Origin: Candidatus Bathyarchaeota archaeon
Lineage (GTDB): Archaea; Thermoproteota; Bathyarchaeia; TCS64
DNA length: 64,000 nt
Assembly (NCBI GenBank): GCA_963769425.1
Contig: CAVYLP010000002.1
Span: 64,001-128,000 of the forward strand
Reading direction: 5' to 3'
In this document: positions 55,562 through 64,000 of the stretch, piece after piece
Layout: each line of letters starts with the position of its first letter
Position numbering within the stretch: the stretch's first letter is position 1
The notes under the pieces: generated by a model
What the model was told of the DNA's origin: nothing
What the model saw: only the letters and a program-made list of their open reading frames with translations
Database searches by the model: none
Made by a program: the position numbers and the translations under genes

Positions 55562-55849
55562 ATGATGGACAACAATCTATACAATCTCATGGAGCAGCTG
55601 ATAATAGAGAGTAGAAGTCTCTGGAAGATAAAGAACGATTACAAGGAGAACGCTGAGGAGTGTAGAAGCTGCCTATGGAGCATTGCACACCCGCCCGAAA
55701 CTCCGGATTGCCCAGCTTGTTTAGCCTTTTGGAAGGAGTTAGAGAAGCAGAAAGAGGAAAACATCAGAAAGCTTGAATCATTGGTACGAGATCACATGAA
55801 TGGATCTAGAATGTCGAAACCAGACGATATTTTAACAGATCCTAAATGA
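55562..55849 (+). CDS. Small ferritin-like helical protein
   Basis: DN.LYNL..QL..E.RSLW.I...Y, CxxC pairs. Confidence 0.65.
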   Translation: MMDNNLYNLMEQLIIESRSLWKIKNDYKENAEECRSCLWSIAHPPETPDCPACLAFWKELEKQKEENIRKLESLVRDHMNGSRMSKPDDILTDPK

Positions 55850-55944
55850 TAGTATTGTGTAAAATTTTCCAATAAATAATTAGTTCTGATCATATTCGCA
55901 TAGTTCTTTTAATATTATCTTTAACGTTTCATATTTGCGCGCGC

Positions 55945-56283
55945 TACCCTGTTCCTAAATAGAGTACCCAAACAAATCCACCAAACAAACCACACCACGA
56001 CATCCACACCTAAACCAAAAACCAACACAAACAAACCTTCCCAGGAAACAAAACAACCAAGCTCAGCCCCACAAACTAGATCAGAAGCAAACCATCACCT
56101 ACGAGCCCCACCCCCACCGTGAACACACGAGCCTCAAACGTTGAAGAACGTAGGAGATACTGCCTTCTCAGGCCGACCCAAACACTCAGCAGCCTCCCGA
56201 ACCAGCACGAAGCAGAGAAGACTCAGCAGAGCATACACAGAGACGATGTCCAGCCTCCTCACGTTGTTCACCCTCAACCCGCG
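55945..56283 (-). mobile_element. Remnant 3' end of a DDE-type IS (transposase C-terminus plus non-coding end)
   Basis: Minus strand RGLRVNNVRRLDIVSVYALLSLLCFVLVREAAECLGRPEKAVSPTFFNV* then a G/T-rich tail ending TATTTAGGAACAGGG; family not assigned. Confidence 0.55.
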
Positions 56284-56285
56284 CG

Positions 56286-56648
56286 CACGGCGTTACCCCT
56301 GCAAAGATGCCTGGAAAGACTCCCTACACCATGCGGACAGCTCAAGGGGTCTTTGAGAAGCCGACGAGTCCCTACGTCGATGAGGAAAAATGCACTAAAT
56401 GTGGGGCATGCGTTAATGTCTGCCCGGTCGGCGCAGTATCAATCGATCACGTTGTGGCAGGTCTGTCTCCCAGACTTTCATTGAGTACCAGAATGGTGAA
56501 TGTTGATCCATATTCCTGCATCTGGTGTACAGCGTGTATCAGGACCTGCCCAGTCAATGCATTCATCAGAAGACCTATGATGGTTATGGCAAATGGGAAT
56601 CTGAACAAGAATTTCCCCGATAGAAAGAAAAATGAAACATACCTGTAG
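56286..56648 (+). CDS. 2x[4Fe-4S] ferredoxin domain, probably 5'-truncated
   Basis: CTKCGACVNVCP and CIWCTACIRTCP; frame is open back to the CG run at 56280. Confidence 0.8.
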   Translation, partial: HGVTPAKMPGKTPYTMRTAQGVFEKPTSPYVDEEKCTKCGACVNVCPVGAVSIDHVVAGLSPRLSLSTRMVNVDPYSCIWCTACIRTCPVNAFIRRPMMVMANGNLNKNFPDRKKNETYL

Positions 56649-56660
56649 AACCCGATGTAT

Positions 56661-56927
56661 TCACTCAACGAACTTGACAGCTTCCTCCCTGGGGACAGCC
56701 ACAAGAGTCTCTAACGAGAGAAAGTCGCCGAATCGAAGAACAGCCTTCATCAAAACCTTCTCATCCCTTGCCTCGGCGACAGAAAGCACATCGTACCTGC
56801 CAACCGTCCAGTACTGAACCACCCACTTAATTCCCTCCTTAGCCATCTGCTCGAAGATCATCGATACCTGAGCCAACATCTCCTTCGTCGGCTTCTTTCT
56901 GAATTTACCATACACGATGAAGAACAT
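56661..56927 (-). CDS. GYD-domain protein
   Basis: YWTVGRYD, ETLVA; AGGTGA SD. Confidence 0.85.
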   Translation of the reverse strand: MFFIVYGKFRKKPTKEMLAQVSMIFEQMAKEGIKWVVQYWTVGRYDVLSVAEARDEKVLMKAVLRFGDFLSLETLVAVPREEAVKFVE

Positions 56928-57166
56928 TCAATTCACCTGATTAAATTTTAATTTTCCACGCACTTAAACCTATAATTAATAAAAAACGTGAAAGTTTCCT
57001 ATATCTGCAAGAAACCTGATATTCTCCGTGTTTATCGTACGCATAGATGTCACGGGGATTCATTACCTCACCTTCGCTCCGCTCCACATTTTATGCGCCG
57101 TACGCGCATTTTTTTATGCAGTAAGTGAGCGTAGTTATTCTATTGAATGTCTAGAGGGGTGTTTGA

Positions 57167-57655
57167 ATGAGAATCGGGCAGGTTATCGCATCCATGATTA
57201 CATACTTGAGGGGAGACGTGAATGGAGTAAATCATTTCCTAAAAGTATACGCTTACGCCAAAGCCATCGGGGAGCAGGAAAAACTCGACGAAGTGACTCA
57301 GGAGACACTGGAGGTGGCGGCGATAGTTCATGACATAGGCATACCTGTCAGCATGGCAAAGTATGGTAGCCATGAAGGGAGATACCAGGAGATAGAGGGA
57401 CCGCCAGTAGCGAAAATGATGCTCAGCGACCTTGGATTTGCTGGATCCTTAATCGAGCGAGTCGCTTTCTTGGTGGGGCATCATCATACTTACTCTTGTG
57501 TGGATGGTTTGGATTACCAGATTTTGCTTGAGGCAGATTTTCTGGTGAATGCGGATGAAGGTAATCTAAGCCGTAATGAAATCGAGGTGGGGATGAACAA
57601 GTTCTTCAAAACCCGAAGTGGGATCGAGTTTCTTAAAATAAATTATCTTAGTTAG
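57167..57655 (+). CDS. HD-domain phosphohydrolase
   Basis: NHFLKV, HDIG, HHHT, EAD. Confidence 0.9.
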   Translation: MRIGQVIASMITYLRGDVNGVNHFLKVYAYAKAIGEQEKLDEVTQETLEVAAIVHDIGIPVSMAKYGSHEGRYQEIEGPPVAKMMLSDLGFAGSLIERVAFLVGHHHTYSCVDGLDYQILLEADFLVNADEGNLSRNEIEVGMNKFFKTRSGIEFLKINYLS

Positions 57656-58049
57656 ATGCGCGTATGCGTAATGCGGGCTCACCTAGTCGCCTCCACTTGT
57701 TATGTGCGCGTGCGGTCCTCCAAGTTTTATAATGCCTTTATCACATCTCCCTCAAACCGCAACATAGAATCTTTCCAAACTTACCTAGATGCTTCATCAA
57801 GGTCCTTATTCATAATTAATCATCTCGAATGTCGTGTGGCCTCACAGCCTCACCCGTGCTCCGTCCACGTTTTTATGCGCCAATATCACCGCCCCATCAG
57901 ATGAGACTCAGGGTGAGCCAAAACACCAAGCCATAATACATCAGTACCTCTGAAGAAGAGGCAGTTGGGTGAAATTAGCCCTAAAGTCTTATCCCCCAAA
58001 CCAAACCAAAAGTTAAGCACAAAGAGTGAAGGAGAATAGTATTAAGAAG

Positions 58050-58343
58050 AAGGTGGTGATGGAGTCAGGCTACTGCTGGCAACACATATACGACCACCTC
58101 GAAGAGGCCGGATACGATGTCAGGCTCGCCCACCTACTCAAAGTGAAGGCAATAGCCGAGGCAAAGATCATGACAGACGAGATAGACTCGGAGACACTCG
58201 CCCACCTGCTGAGGGCCGACCTGCTACCGGAGTCCTACGTGCCGCCTAAGGAGATCCGGGATCTTCGGGAGCTGGTCAAGAGGAGGGCATTCCTCGTGGG
58301 GATGCGAACCAGGTTGAAGAACAAGGTACACGCCGAACTCGCC
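58050..58343 (+). pseudogene. IS110-family transposase N-terminal (DEDD) fragment
   Basis: VVMES..W, AKI.TD.IDS..LA.LLR, LRELVKRR..LV..RT..KN; cut at CG run. Confidence 0.88.
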
Positions 58344-58350
58344 GCGCGCG

Positions 58351-59045
58351 CATGTTGCACCCGCGTCCAAAAACCTCTCAATCTTCGAAATACAATCGTC
58401 AACCCCACCTGTGATAGTAATCTCCTCTACAAGATCACGTGGAGTCAGAGCACGGAACTCGTTGATCCTCTTTATCAAGTTGTATCAGTAACATCCATCC
58501 TCTGAATCGAGAGTTCTTGGGGATCTTTGAGCCCCGCCCTCTTTTCCAGTAACATTCGCTTAGCTATGAGTCATCCACGCGCATCGCCTTCCACACTCTT
58601 GTATGCTCTCTCCAGATCATTATCCACATCAGTGAAGCAGGTGACCACGACATCAAAAACATCCATTCTTCTACCAGACCTCCCAGCACCACACTCTATG
58701 TCTCTGATCTTTTCTCCTAGCTCGTTTGGGAGTTGGTCACCATCCCAATCCAGCCATCAGCAAGCTCTCCAGCGAGTTCCTTCGTCTTTTTCCCAATTGT
58801 GCCGACGTATACTGGAGGATGAGGCTTCTGAACGCATCCAATCTCATGTAGGCGTTTTTCAGAGTAAAGATCTCGCCAGAATAACTGGCAAGGTTAGAGG
58901 GTGACGCTTCCCAGAGCCTCTTTATAACCTCGATAGCCTCCCGGAGTCGGGTGAGAGGTCTCTTCAACTCGATTCCGTATGGAAGAGTGTTCATTATCTC
59001 CCCTGCAACTAGCCTGAGGGCGGCTCTACTATGTGTGAGCTGATC
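58351..59045 (-). pseudogene. LLM-class (F420/flavin) oxidoreductase remnant
   Basis: AGE.MNTLPYG...LREAIEVIKRLW...SGEIF; G.VDDCISKIERFLDAGAT; several indels and stops. Confidence 0.8.
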
Positions 59046-59168
59046 GACCCTGGGATATCCGGTGATTCAGACTCTGGCAAACCCTTCATTGAGGTGCACC
59101 CCGACTCGGTGGCGGCGAAGGCGTTTGGAGAAATAGTGAAAAAGATAATCGAGGTGGTTGAAAAATGA
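59044..59168 (+). pseudogene. Mrp/NBP35 ATPase C-terminal fragment
   Basis: IDP.I..DSDSGKPFI..HPDS.AAKAF; stop overlaps the next ATG. Confidence 0.65.
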
Positions 59169-59353
59169 GGATAGCAGTGTCTAGTACGGGGAACAGCCTG
59201 GATAGCCAGGTTGACCCGCGGTTTGGAAGATGTCAGATTGTCTTGGTGGTAGACACCGAGACCCTAAAGGTGGAGGCTCTCAGCAACACCAGCATAGGGC
59301 AAATATATGAGTTAGAGACTCCATCAAATCATCTTCTGGCCAAAGATGTATAA
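59165..59353 (+). pseudogene. NifB/NifX-family protein, N-terminal half
   Basis: MRIAVSS.G..LDSQVDPRFGRC then loses family similarity. Confidence 0.8.
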
Positions 59354-59527
59354 AGATGTCTAGATTAGTGAAAAATGGAGGCTAAAGACATTAATCTATA
59401 AGTCTCACCCTAAACATTTTGAAACTATCTTGTGCAGAGCTAATATACGCGCGCGTCGCCGAGAGCCTGGGGCTTGATCTTGAGCAAGTTACAAAAGCCG
59501 CGGAGAAGTAAGGCATAGTGATAGGAA

Positions 59528-59926
59528 ATGAAAGGATATCACACTAACGTTGAGAAAGAGACCCTGAAAAACACCGACTATAGACGAGTCCTCTACACGG
59601 GAAAGCACAGTCAACTCGTTTTAATGAACCTTAAACCCGGGGAGGAAATTGGCGAAGAAGTACACAGCCACCTAGACCAGTTCTTCAGGTTCGAAGAAGG
59701 TGAGGGAAAGGTCACTATCGATGCAAACCAATACCCCGTCAAGGACGGTGACGCGGTAATAGTACCCGCGGGATCCAAGCATAACGTGATTAATACCTCA
59801 AAGACTAAACACCTGAAGCTCTACACCATCTACTCACCACCAGAACACCAGGACAAAGTCATACGCCACACCAAAGCAGACGCCGAGGCGAAACCCGAAG
59901 AATTCGATGGGAAGACAACAGAGTAA
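59528..59926 (+). CDS. Cupin-domain protein
   Basis: GEEIGEEVH..LDQFF, VPAGSKHNVIN, LYTIYSPPEH. Confidence 0.92.
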   Translation: MKGYHTNVEKETLKNTDYRRVLYTGKHSQLVLMNLKPGEEIGEEVHSHLDQFFRFEEGEGKVTIDANQYPVKDGDAVIVPAGSKHNVINTSKTKHLKLYTIYSPPEHQDKVIRHTKADAEAKPEEFDGKTTE

Positions 59927-59979
59927 AAAAATGTTTACCCGCAGAACCACGCGCACCCGATGAAGATCAAGTAATCACA

Positions 59980-60492
59980 TCAGATTCCATGGATAATGTG
60001 TACTATTATGACCATCACCAGGGTGAAGGCAGCGGCCGGGTGCAGCCACTTATAGTACCGCACCCATCCCGGCCTCACGGCGAAGTATGCCAGGAATCCA
60101 GTCACCACAAGGATCAGCATAGCCGAGTACAGCACAATTCCCGTCCCAAGGACGGGATAGCTCGAAGCCGGTCTAGTCACCTGGCTGATGAAGTGGATCG
60201 AGATGAGTACGAATCCCAGAAGGTTCCCGAACGCGTGGAACTTAAGCAGGGATCCCGAGGCTCTGTGTCGCGCCCTCTTCATCAGCGAGTAAGCCACGGT
60301 GGTTACGAGGATGAGGATTGAGCCGATCCAGCCGAGCCAGTGAACAGGCGAGTTCGCCACCCCCAGTACGTTGATTAAGATGAATGGGAGCCTCACTATC
60401 CCAAGGTAAATAATTGATACAGCGATTACCGCAGCGGCGATTATTGCTAGCGCAGCCCAGAACGATGGCCGCCGGTAGGACACGTTTAACAC
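59980..60492 (-). CDS. Membrane protein with His-bearing helices (ferric reductase-like)
   Basis: Five TM segments; H...G......H and WLH........H patterns. Confidence 0.65.
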   Translation of the reverse strand: MLNVSYRRPSFWAALAIIAAAVIAVSIIYLGIVRLPFILINVLGVANSPVHWLGWIGSILILVTTVAYSLMKRARHRASGSLLKFHAFGNLLGFVLISIHFISQVTRPASSYPVLGTGIVLYSAMLILVVTGFLAYFAVRPGWVRYYKWLHPAAAFTLVMVIIVHIIHGI

Positions 60493-60999
60493 CGTTAAAT
60501 AGTCTCATTTATAGTTACTTTTCATATCGAATAAATTATTCATGACGGTGGGCTAAGACGGGTGCGATGAACTCAAGAGCCTCTGGGAAAGCCCTGGGGA
60601 CCACGGTGAAGTGATCAGCATCCCCGTATTTCTTATGCATCGCCCTGAGGGAGCCATCCCTAACCCTGAGGCCTCAACCAGCTCACCGACGGCCTCAACA
60701 TTCTCAGCCCCAACCCCATCCACAGCGCGCGCACCTAAATACCGACGGGATGGCCCCCAAGATGTTCTCTTCAGGCGGCCAGTTAGAACTAGTATTGACT
60801 TCGGCTCAATGAGTAGTGGATCGGCGTCTACCAAATTCTGAAGGTTGATACAAACGGCTGGAGTGTCTTCTGCATGCCACAATAGTATCAGGTAGCGCTC
60901 AGGAAAAGGCAATGGAGCGACACACGACTCTAAAGCCTATGTGTGGTTTTTATTATCCGCCTCCCGCTTCCTACCCAACTACCTAGAATCGGTGAGTAA

Positions 61000-61440
61000 A
61001 TGAGTGGCCTCGAATACAAATTAGGAAAAGACATCCAAGTTCTCCTCATCGACGACGAGAAGAACCAGATTGAACTCGCGAAGCTCAACCTAGAGAAAAC
61101 AGATACCTCCCTCAAGGTAACCGGAGCACAAACCGTAACCGAGGCGATGAGTATCCTCAAGACAATCAAACCAGACTGCGTCGTCTCCGATTACCTGATG
61201 CCTGAGATGAATGGAATCGAGCTCTACCTAGCAATCAAGGAGTTCGGCGTCCCCTACATCCTATACACGGGGCGGGGTAGTGATGAGGTGGCCGGCGCCG
61301 CCTTCTCGGTCGGTGTCGATGACTACGTTAGAAAGGAGCCGAATCTAGCACACTACGAGGTCTTAGCTAGGAAGATTAGGCACGCTGTGGATAAGAAGAG
61401 AAGTGAGGTCTGGTACCGAGAATATTTGAAGAAGGGATGA
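61000..61440 (+). CDS. Response regulator receiver protein
   Basis: LLIDD, SDYLMPEMNG, LYTGRG, DYVRK. Confidence 0.92.
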   Translation: MSGLEYKLGKDIQVLLIDDEKNQIELAKLNLEKTDTSLKVTGAQTVTEAMSILKTIKPDCVVSDYLMPEMNGIELYLAIKEFGVPYILYTGRGSDEVAGAAFSVGVDDYVRKEPNLAHYEVLARKIRHAVDKKRSEVWYREYLKKG

Positions 61441-61769
61441 ACTAAGCGTTTAGGCGCAAGTTCTATTACGAGAATCACATGGGAGATATTCTCCGAATTG
61501 TAACTAGGGTGCATTAACTTCTCAGAAGCCTAACTCAATGGCGGTTGAGGAGGGCAAGTGTAATTAGCCAAGGATACGCCTCCCAACAATAGCTGGCTCT
61601 GCGCGCGTAACAAAATGGTGCCATTTCTTGATATTAAAATGAACTGGCTCTTGTTCAGGTGACATCCTTTCTTCTCTTCATTGCCACTTCCAAAATTTGC
61701 CCTGCCATTGCTGCTATTACGCGGACAGGGTTGCTAACCTTTTTAATCAAACAAGTTCACGAACCCCTC

Positions 61770-62048
61770 ATGTCGAAGGTCGAGATGCCTCAGGGAAAGA
61801 TGCTACAAGTAGGGCCCACCGGGAACGTGGTGATGGTAACATGCTGTGATCGGGATGGTCGAGCCAACATCATAACAGTCGGCATGTGTATGCCGATCAG
61901 CATCGACCCGCCTCAGGTATGCATTGGGATAGCTCCTGAGAGGTACAGCCACGACCTGATTCTTGAACAGGGCGAGTTTGTGGTTAATTCACCCAGTATA
62001 GCTCTCAAGGATAAGATGCATCTCTACGGGATCAAGTCGGGGAGGGAC
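61770..62048 (+). pseudogene. Flavin reductase family protein, 3'-truncated
   Basis: NIITVG...SIDPP..I.I...RYSHDLI...GEFVVN...G.KSGRD then CG run. Confidence 0.85.
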
Positions 62049-62295
62049 GCGCGCGCGATGACAATTTTCTCGTGATGCGGTAGAGCGACCTTACACAGTT
62101 TGATCTTGATCTAATTGGTTTACCCGTCTTCAGATCCTTCAAATCAATTTACAGAGTTTCTCCCTTCTCATCCATAAGACCTTTTCACATTATCTGAAAT
62201 AGACACATTGTATTAAAAACCCATTAACAGAAGCCATCGGACTCCAAAGTAATCTTTAAGGCAAATCATTCTCAACTACTTCTAAGGCGAAAGAG

Positions 62296-62775
62296 ATGGA
62301 TCCCATAGTCATAAACTGGTTAGGACCATACTCCCTTAACCAGACCACCCCTAAGGAGCTCAGGGGCAAGAAGGGACTATACGCGACTGCACACGGCTCG
62401 AATATTATTCTCATAGGCAAGGCGATGCATGGTAAGGGAATATTTCGAGAGGCTAAAGAGGGGAGGCTCTCCACGTATTGGGAGGGTCTGAGGAAGCTCA
62501 AAGTGGTGCCAGAGGAGAAGCCCTCCGGGTACAAACTCTTAGAGTATGTTTATGAGAACTGCTCCCTCTATGCCGGTGTGGCCAGAAGAGAGGACTTAAA
62601 TAACATCGAAGTCACAGAGCAGCTACTAGTCTATAGAGTTAAGCCTATCCGAAATGAGGAGTTCGTTAAATCCTACGAGGGCCCGCTTGGGCTTAGTGTG
62701 ATTAATAATGGGAATCCGCCGCCTGGCATCGAGCATATTATTCTCGCCCCTAGTTCTACTAAATCTGCAAAGTAG
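62296..62775 (+). CDS. Hypothetical protein, possible GIY-YIG-like fold
   Basis: GLYA...ILIGKA...EQLLV...P..N. Confidence 0.6.
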   Translation: MDPIVINWLGPYSLNQTTPKELRGKKGLYATAHGSNIILIGKAMHGKGIFREAKEGRLSTYWEGLRKLKVVPEEKPSGYKLLEYVYENCSLYAGVARREDLNNIEVTEQLLVYRVKPIRNEEFVKSYEGPLGLSVINNGNPPPGIEHIILAPSSTKSAK

Positions 62776-62853
62776 CAGACTTTTCTTACCTAAGTAACTA
62801 AGTCAAAAAATAGTTAAAAAACGAGGGTATTTTAAAGATAGGTTATTAAATAC

Positions 62854-62988
62854 TTAATGCTTCTTTACCTTCTCTTCTAGATTCTTTAATCTAGCTTCGA
62901 TATCATCAATTCTCTTCTTCTCTGATCCCTTAATCTTTTCCTCTAGTTCTTCTATCTTCTTCTTCATTTTCTCTATTTCCGCAGACAT
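62854..62988 (-). CDS. 44-aa coiled-coil microprotein (absent from ORF track)
   Basis: MSAEIEKMKKKIEELEEKIKGSEKKRIDDIEARLKNLEEKVKKH; GAGG and TTTATAAA upstream. Confidence 0.65.
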   Translation of the reverse strand: MSAEIEKMKKKIEELEEKIKGSEKKRIDDIEARLKNLEEKVKKH

Positions 62989-63189
62989 TGACTTTTCCTC
63001 ACAAATTAATATTTTTGATAATTTATAAACGTTCTCTAAAATATTAGGAGCCGGTGAATTGCTGGTTTTTAGCGCGCGCTTCTTGGAATAAGTTAGCTAA
63101 AAATATTTGAGTTCTTTAATCGTTCATTGATATTACTAGTAGTTAATAAAATTCGTTCAATAGAAATTATTTGTAGAGTGATTGTTAAG

Positions 63190-63537
63190 GGATAAGTCAC
63201 TTGGAATTGAAGAGCTAGAAAGATTCTCAGCAGACGTACTCGGATCCGAGGAACACGTTAGCCATGAATGCAGTAACCCAGAATGGTATTGCCGCAGTTG
63301 CTCTCTGCCGAAGCGAGGTAGATAGAAAAAACTTCACCTTTAGCGACCTCATTGACTTCCCCGATGCAACCAATCAGGAGAGGTCAGGTAGATGCTGGCT
63401 CTTCTCAGGGCTGAGCCTCCTCGCACAAAAGGCCATGAAAAAACTGAAGCTTACACCTTCGAGCTTCGAAATATATCATATGTTCTGGGACAATCTAGAG
63501 AAAGCCAACTACTTCCTGGAGAATGTAATCGAGACTG
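63190..63537 (+). pseudogene. pepC: Aminopeptidase C (C1B, bleomycin hydrolase) N-terminal fragment
   Basis: TNQERSGRCWLF, FWD.LEKANYFLE; cut at CG run. Confidence 0.85.
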
Positions 63538-63557
63538 CGCGCACATGCATCTTTATT

Positions 63558-63878
63558 ATGTCCCGACCAGAAAGTCATTTGATGGAATCTCTAACTCACA
63601 TATTCGCCCTTAAGACGCTATTGATCTTGTTGAGGGAGGCTCGTACAATGAACGTTGAGGAGGTCGCTGATGAAATGAGAGAGTCTCACGGGGGTATTGT
63701 TCACGCCATTGATGAGTTAGAAGTGGCTAACCTTATTGAGAGTCGTAATGAGCGGATGGTACCTTATAACAGGGACATCACCCTTACTCCCTCGGGTCAG
63801 CGTGTTGCAGAGAAACTCAAAGAGATCGAGGGCATTATTGGATGGAGAGGTAGTGGAGGCGTAGCTAACCTATATTAA
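63558..63878 (+). CDS. Winged-helix transcriptional regulator
   Basis: IDELEVANLIES...LTPSGQRVAEKL. Confidence 0.72.
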   Translation: MSRPESHLMESLTHIFALKTLLILLREARTMNVEEVADEMRESHGGIVHAIDELEVANLIESRNERMVPYNRDITLTPSGQRVAEKLKEIEGIIGWRGSGGVANLY

Positions 63879-64000
63879 TGCTATATGAGTTTACTTTTTT
63901 CTAACTTAAGCATTTAATCTATATTTCGCAATTTTTATGACAAGTCAACCACTATAAGTGCTCATATCTTAGGATTCCGTAAAATACCTCATGTCTGAAA

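Larger units (their letters stand above)
31849..63542. repeat. Dispersed alternating (CG)n runs of 6-10 nt at segment junctions
   Basis: Runs start at 31849, 32715, 33376, 33472, 46702, 46714, 47046, 49973, 50587, 52215, 55937, 56280, 58343, 59448, 60725, 61601, 62048, 63072, 63537. Confidence 0.85.
28647..64000. mobile_element. tRNA-anchored genomic island; right end beyond window
   Basis: att-like tRNA fragment, lower GC, low gene density, terminase, IS remnants, many pseudogenes. Confidence 0.75.

Noticed and set aside
58026-58505. Active IS110 element with bridge RNA
   Set aside because: The transposase lacks its first catalytic motif and its whole C-terminal domain, and no element ends can be defined.
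60553-60912. ORF 60553-60912 (and 46595-46966, 31738-31947) as real genes
   Set aside because: Each reads across a CG junction and looks like a chimera of unidentified fragments or an antisense frame.
28672-64000. Integron or CRISPR array as the explanation for the segmented island
   Set aside because: No attC-like inverted cores, integron integrase, regular repeat-spacer pattern or cas genes seen. Segments cut through genes and lie in both orientations.

Overview
Archaeal DNA, judged from RFC small and large subunits, tRNA-intron endonuclease, a SAMP-TtuA pair and a group II chaperonin. A TACK lineage such as Bathyarchaeia is plausible but not proven. Positions 1-28.6 kb are GC-rich, gene-dense core genome: glmS, sufS, amidohydrolases, ttuA/SAMP, endA, truD, rfcLS, an ABC transporter, an ABC1 kinase, a CxxCH membrane protein and ccmF. 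At 28647 a 3'-only tRNA fragment (att-like) opens an AT-richer accessory island that runs off the window. It holds an orphan terminase module, a second tRNA 3' fragment, a full urea-use cluster (urea transporter, ureABC, chaperonin, ureEFGD, amt) and a patchwork of small genes and gene fragments. The most striking signal is that island segments are repeatedly joined at short alternating (CG)n runs. About 19 runs of 6 nt or more lie in spacers or exactly where recognisable genes are cut off, which suggests an undescribed DNA capture or rearrangement process. At least eight single-base frameshifts in otherwise intact genes look like long-read consensus errors. All product calls come from motif recognition by eye, without database searches.
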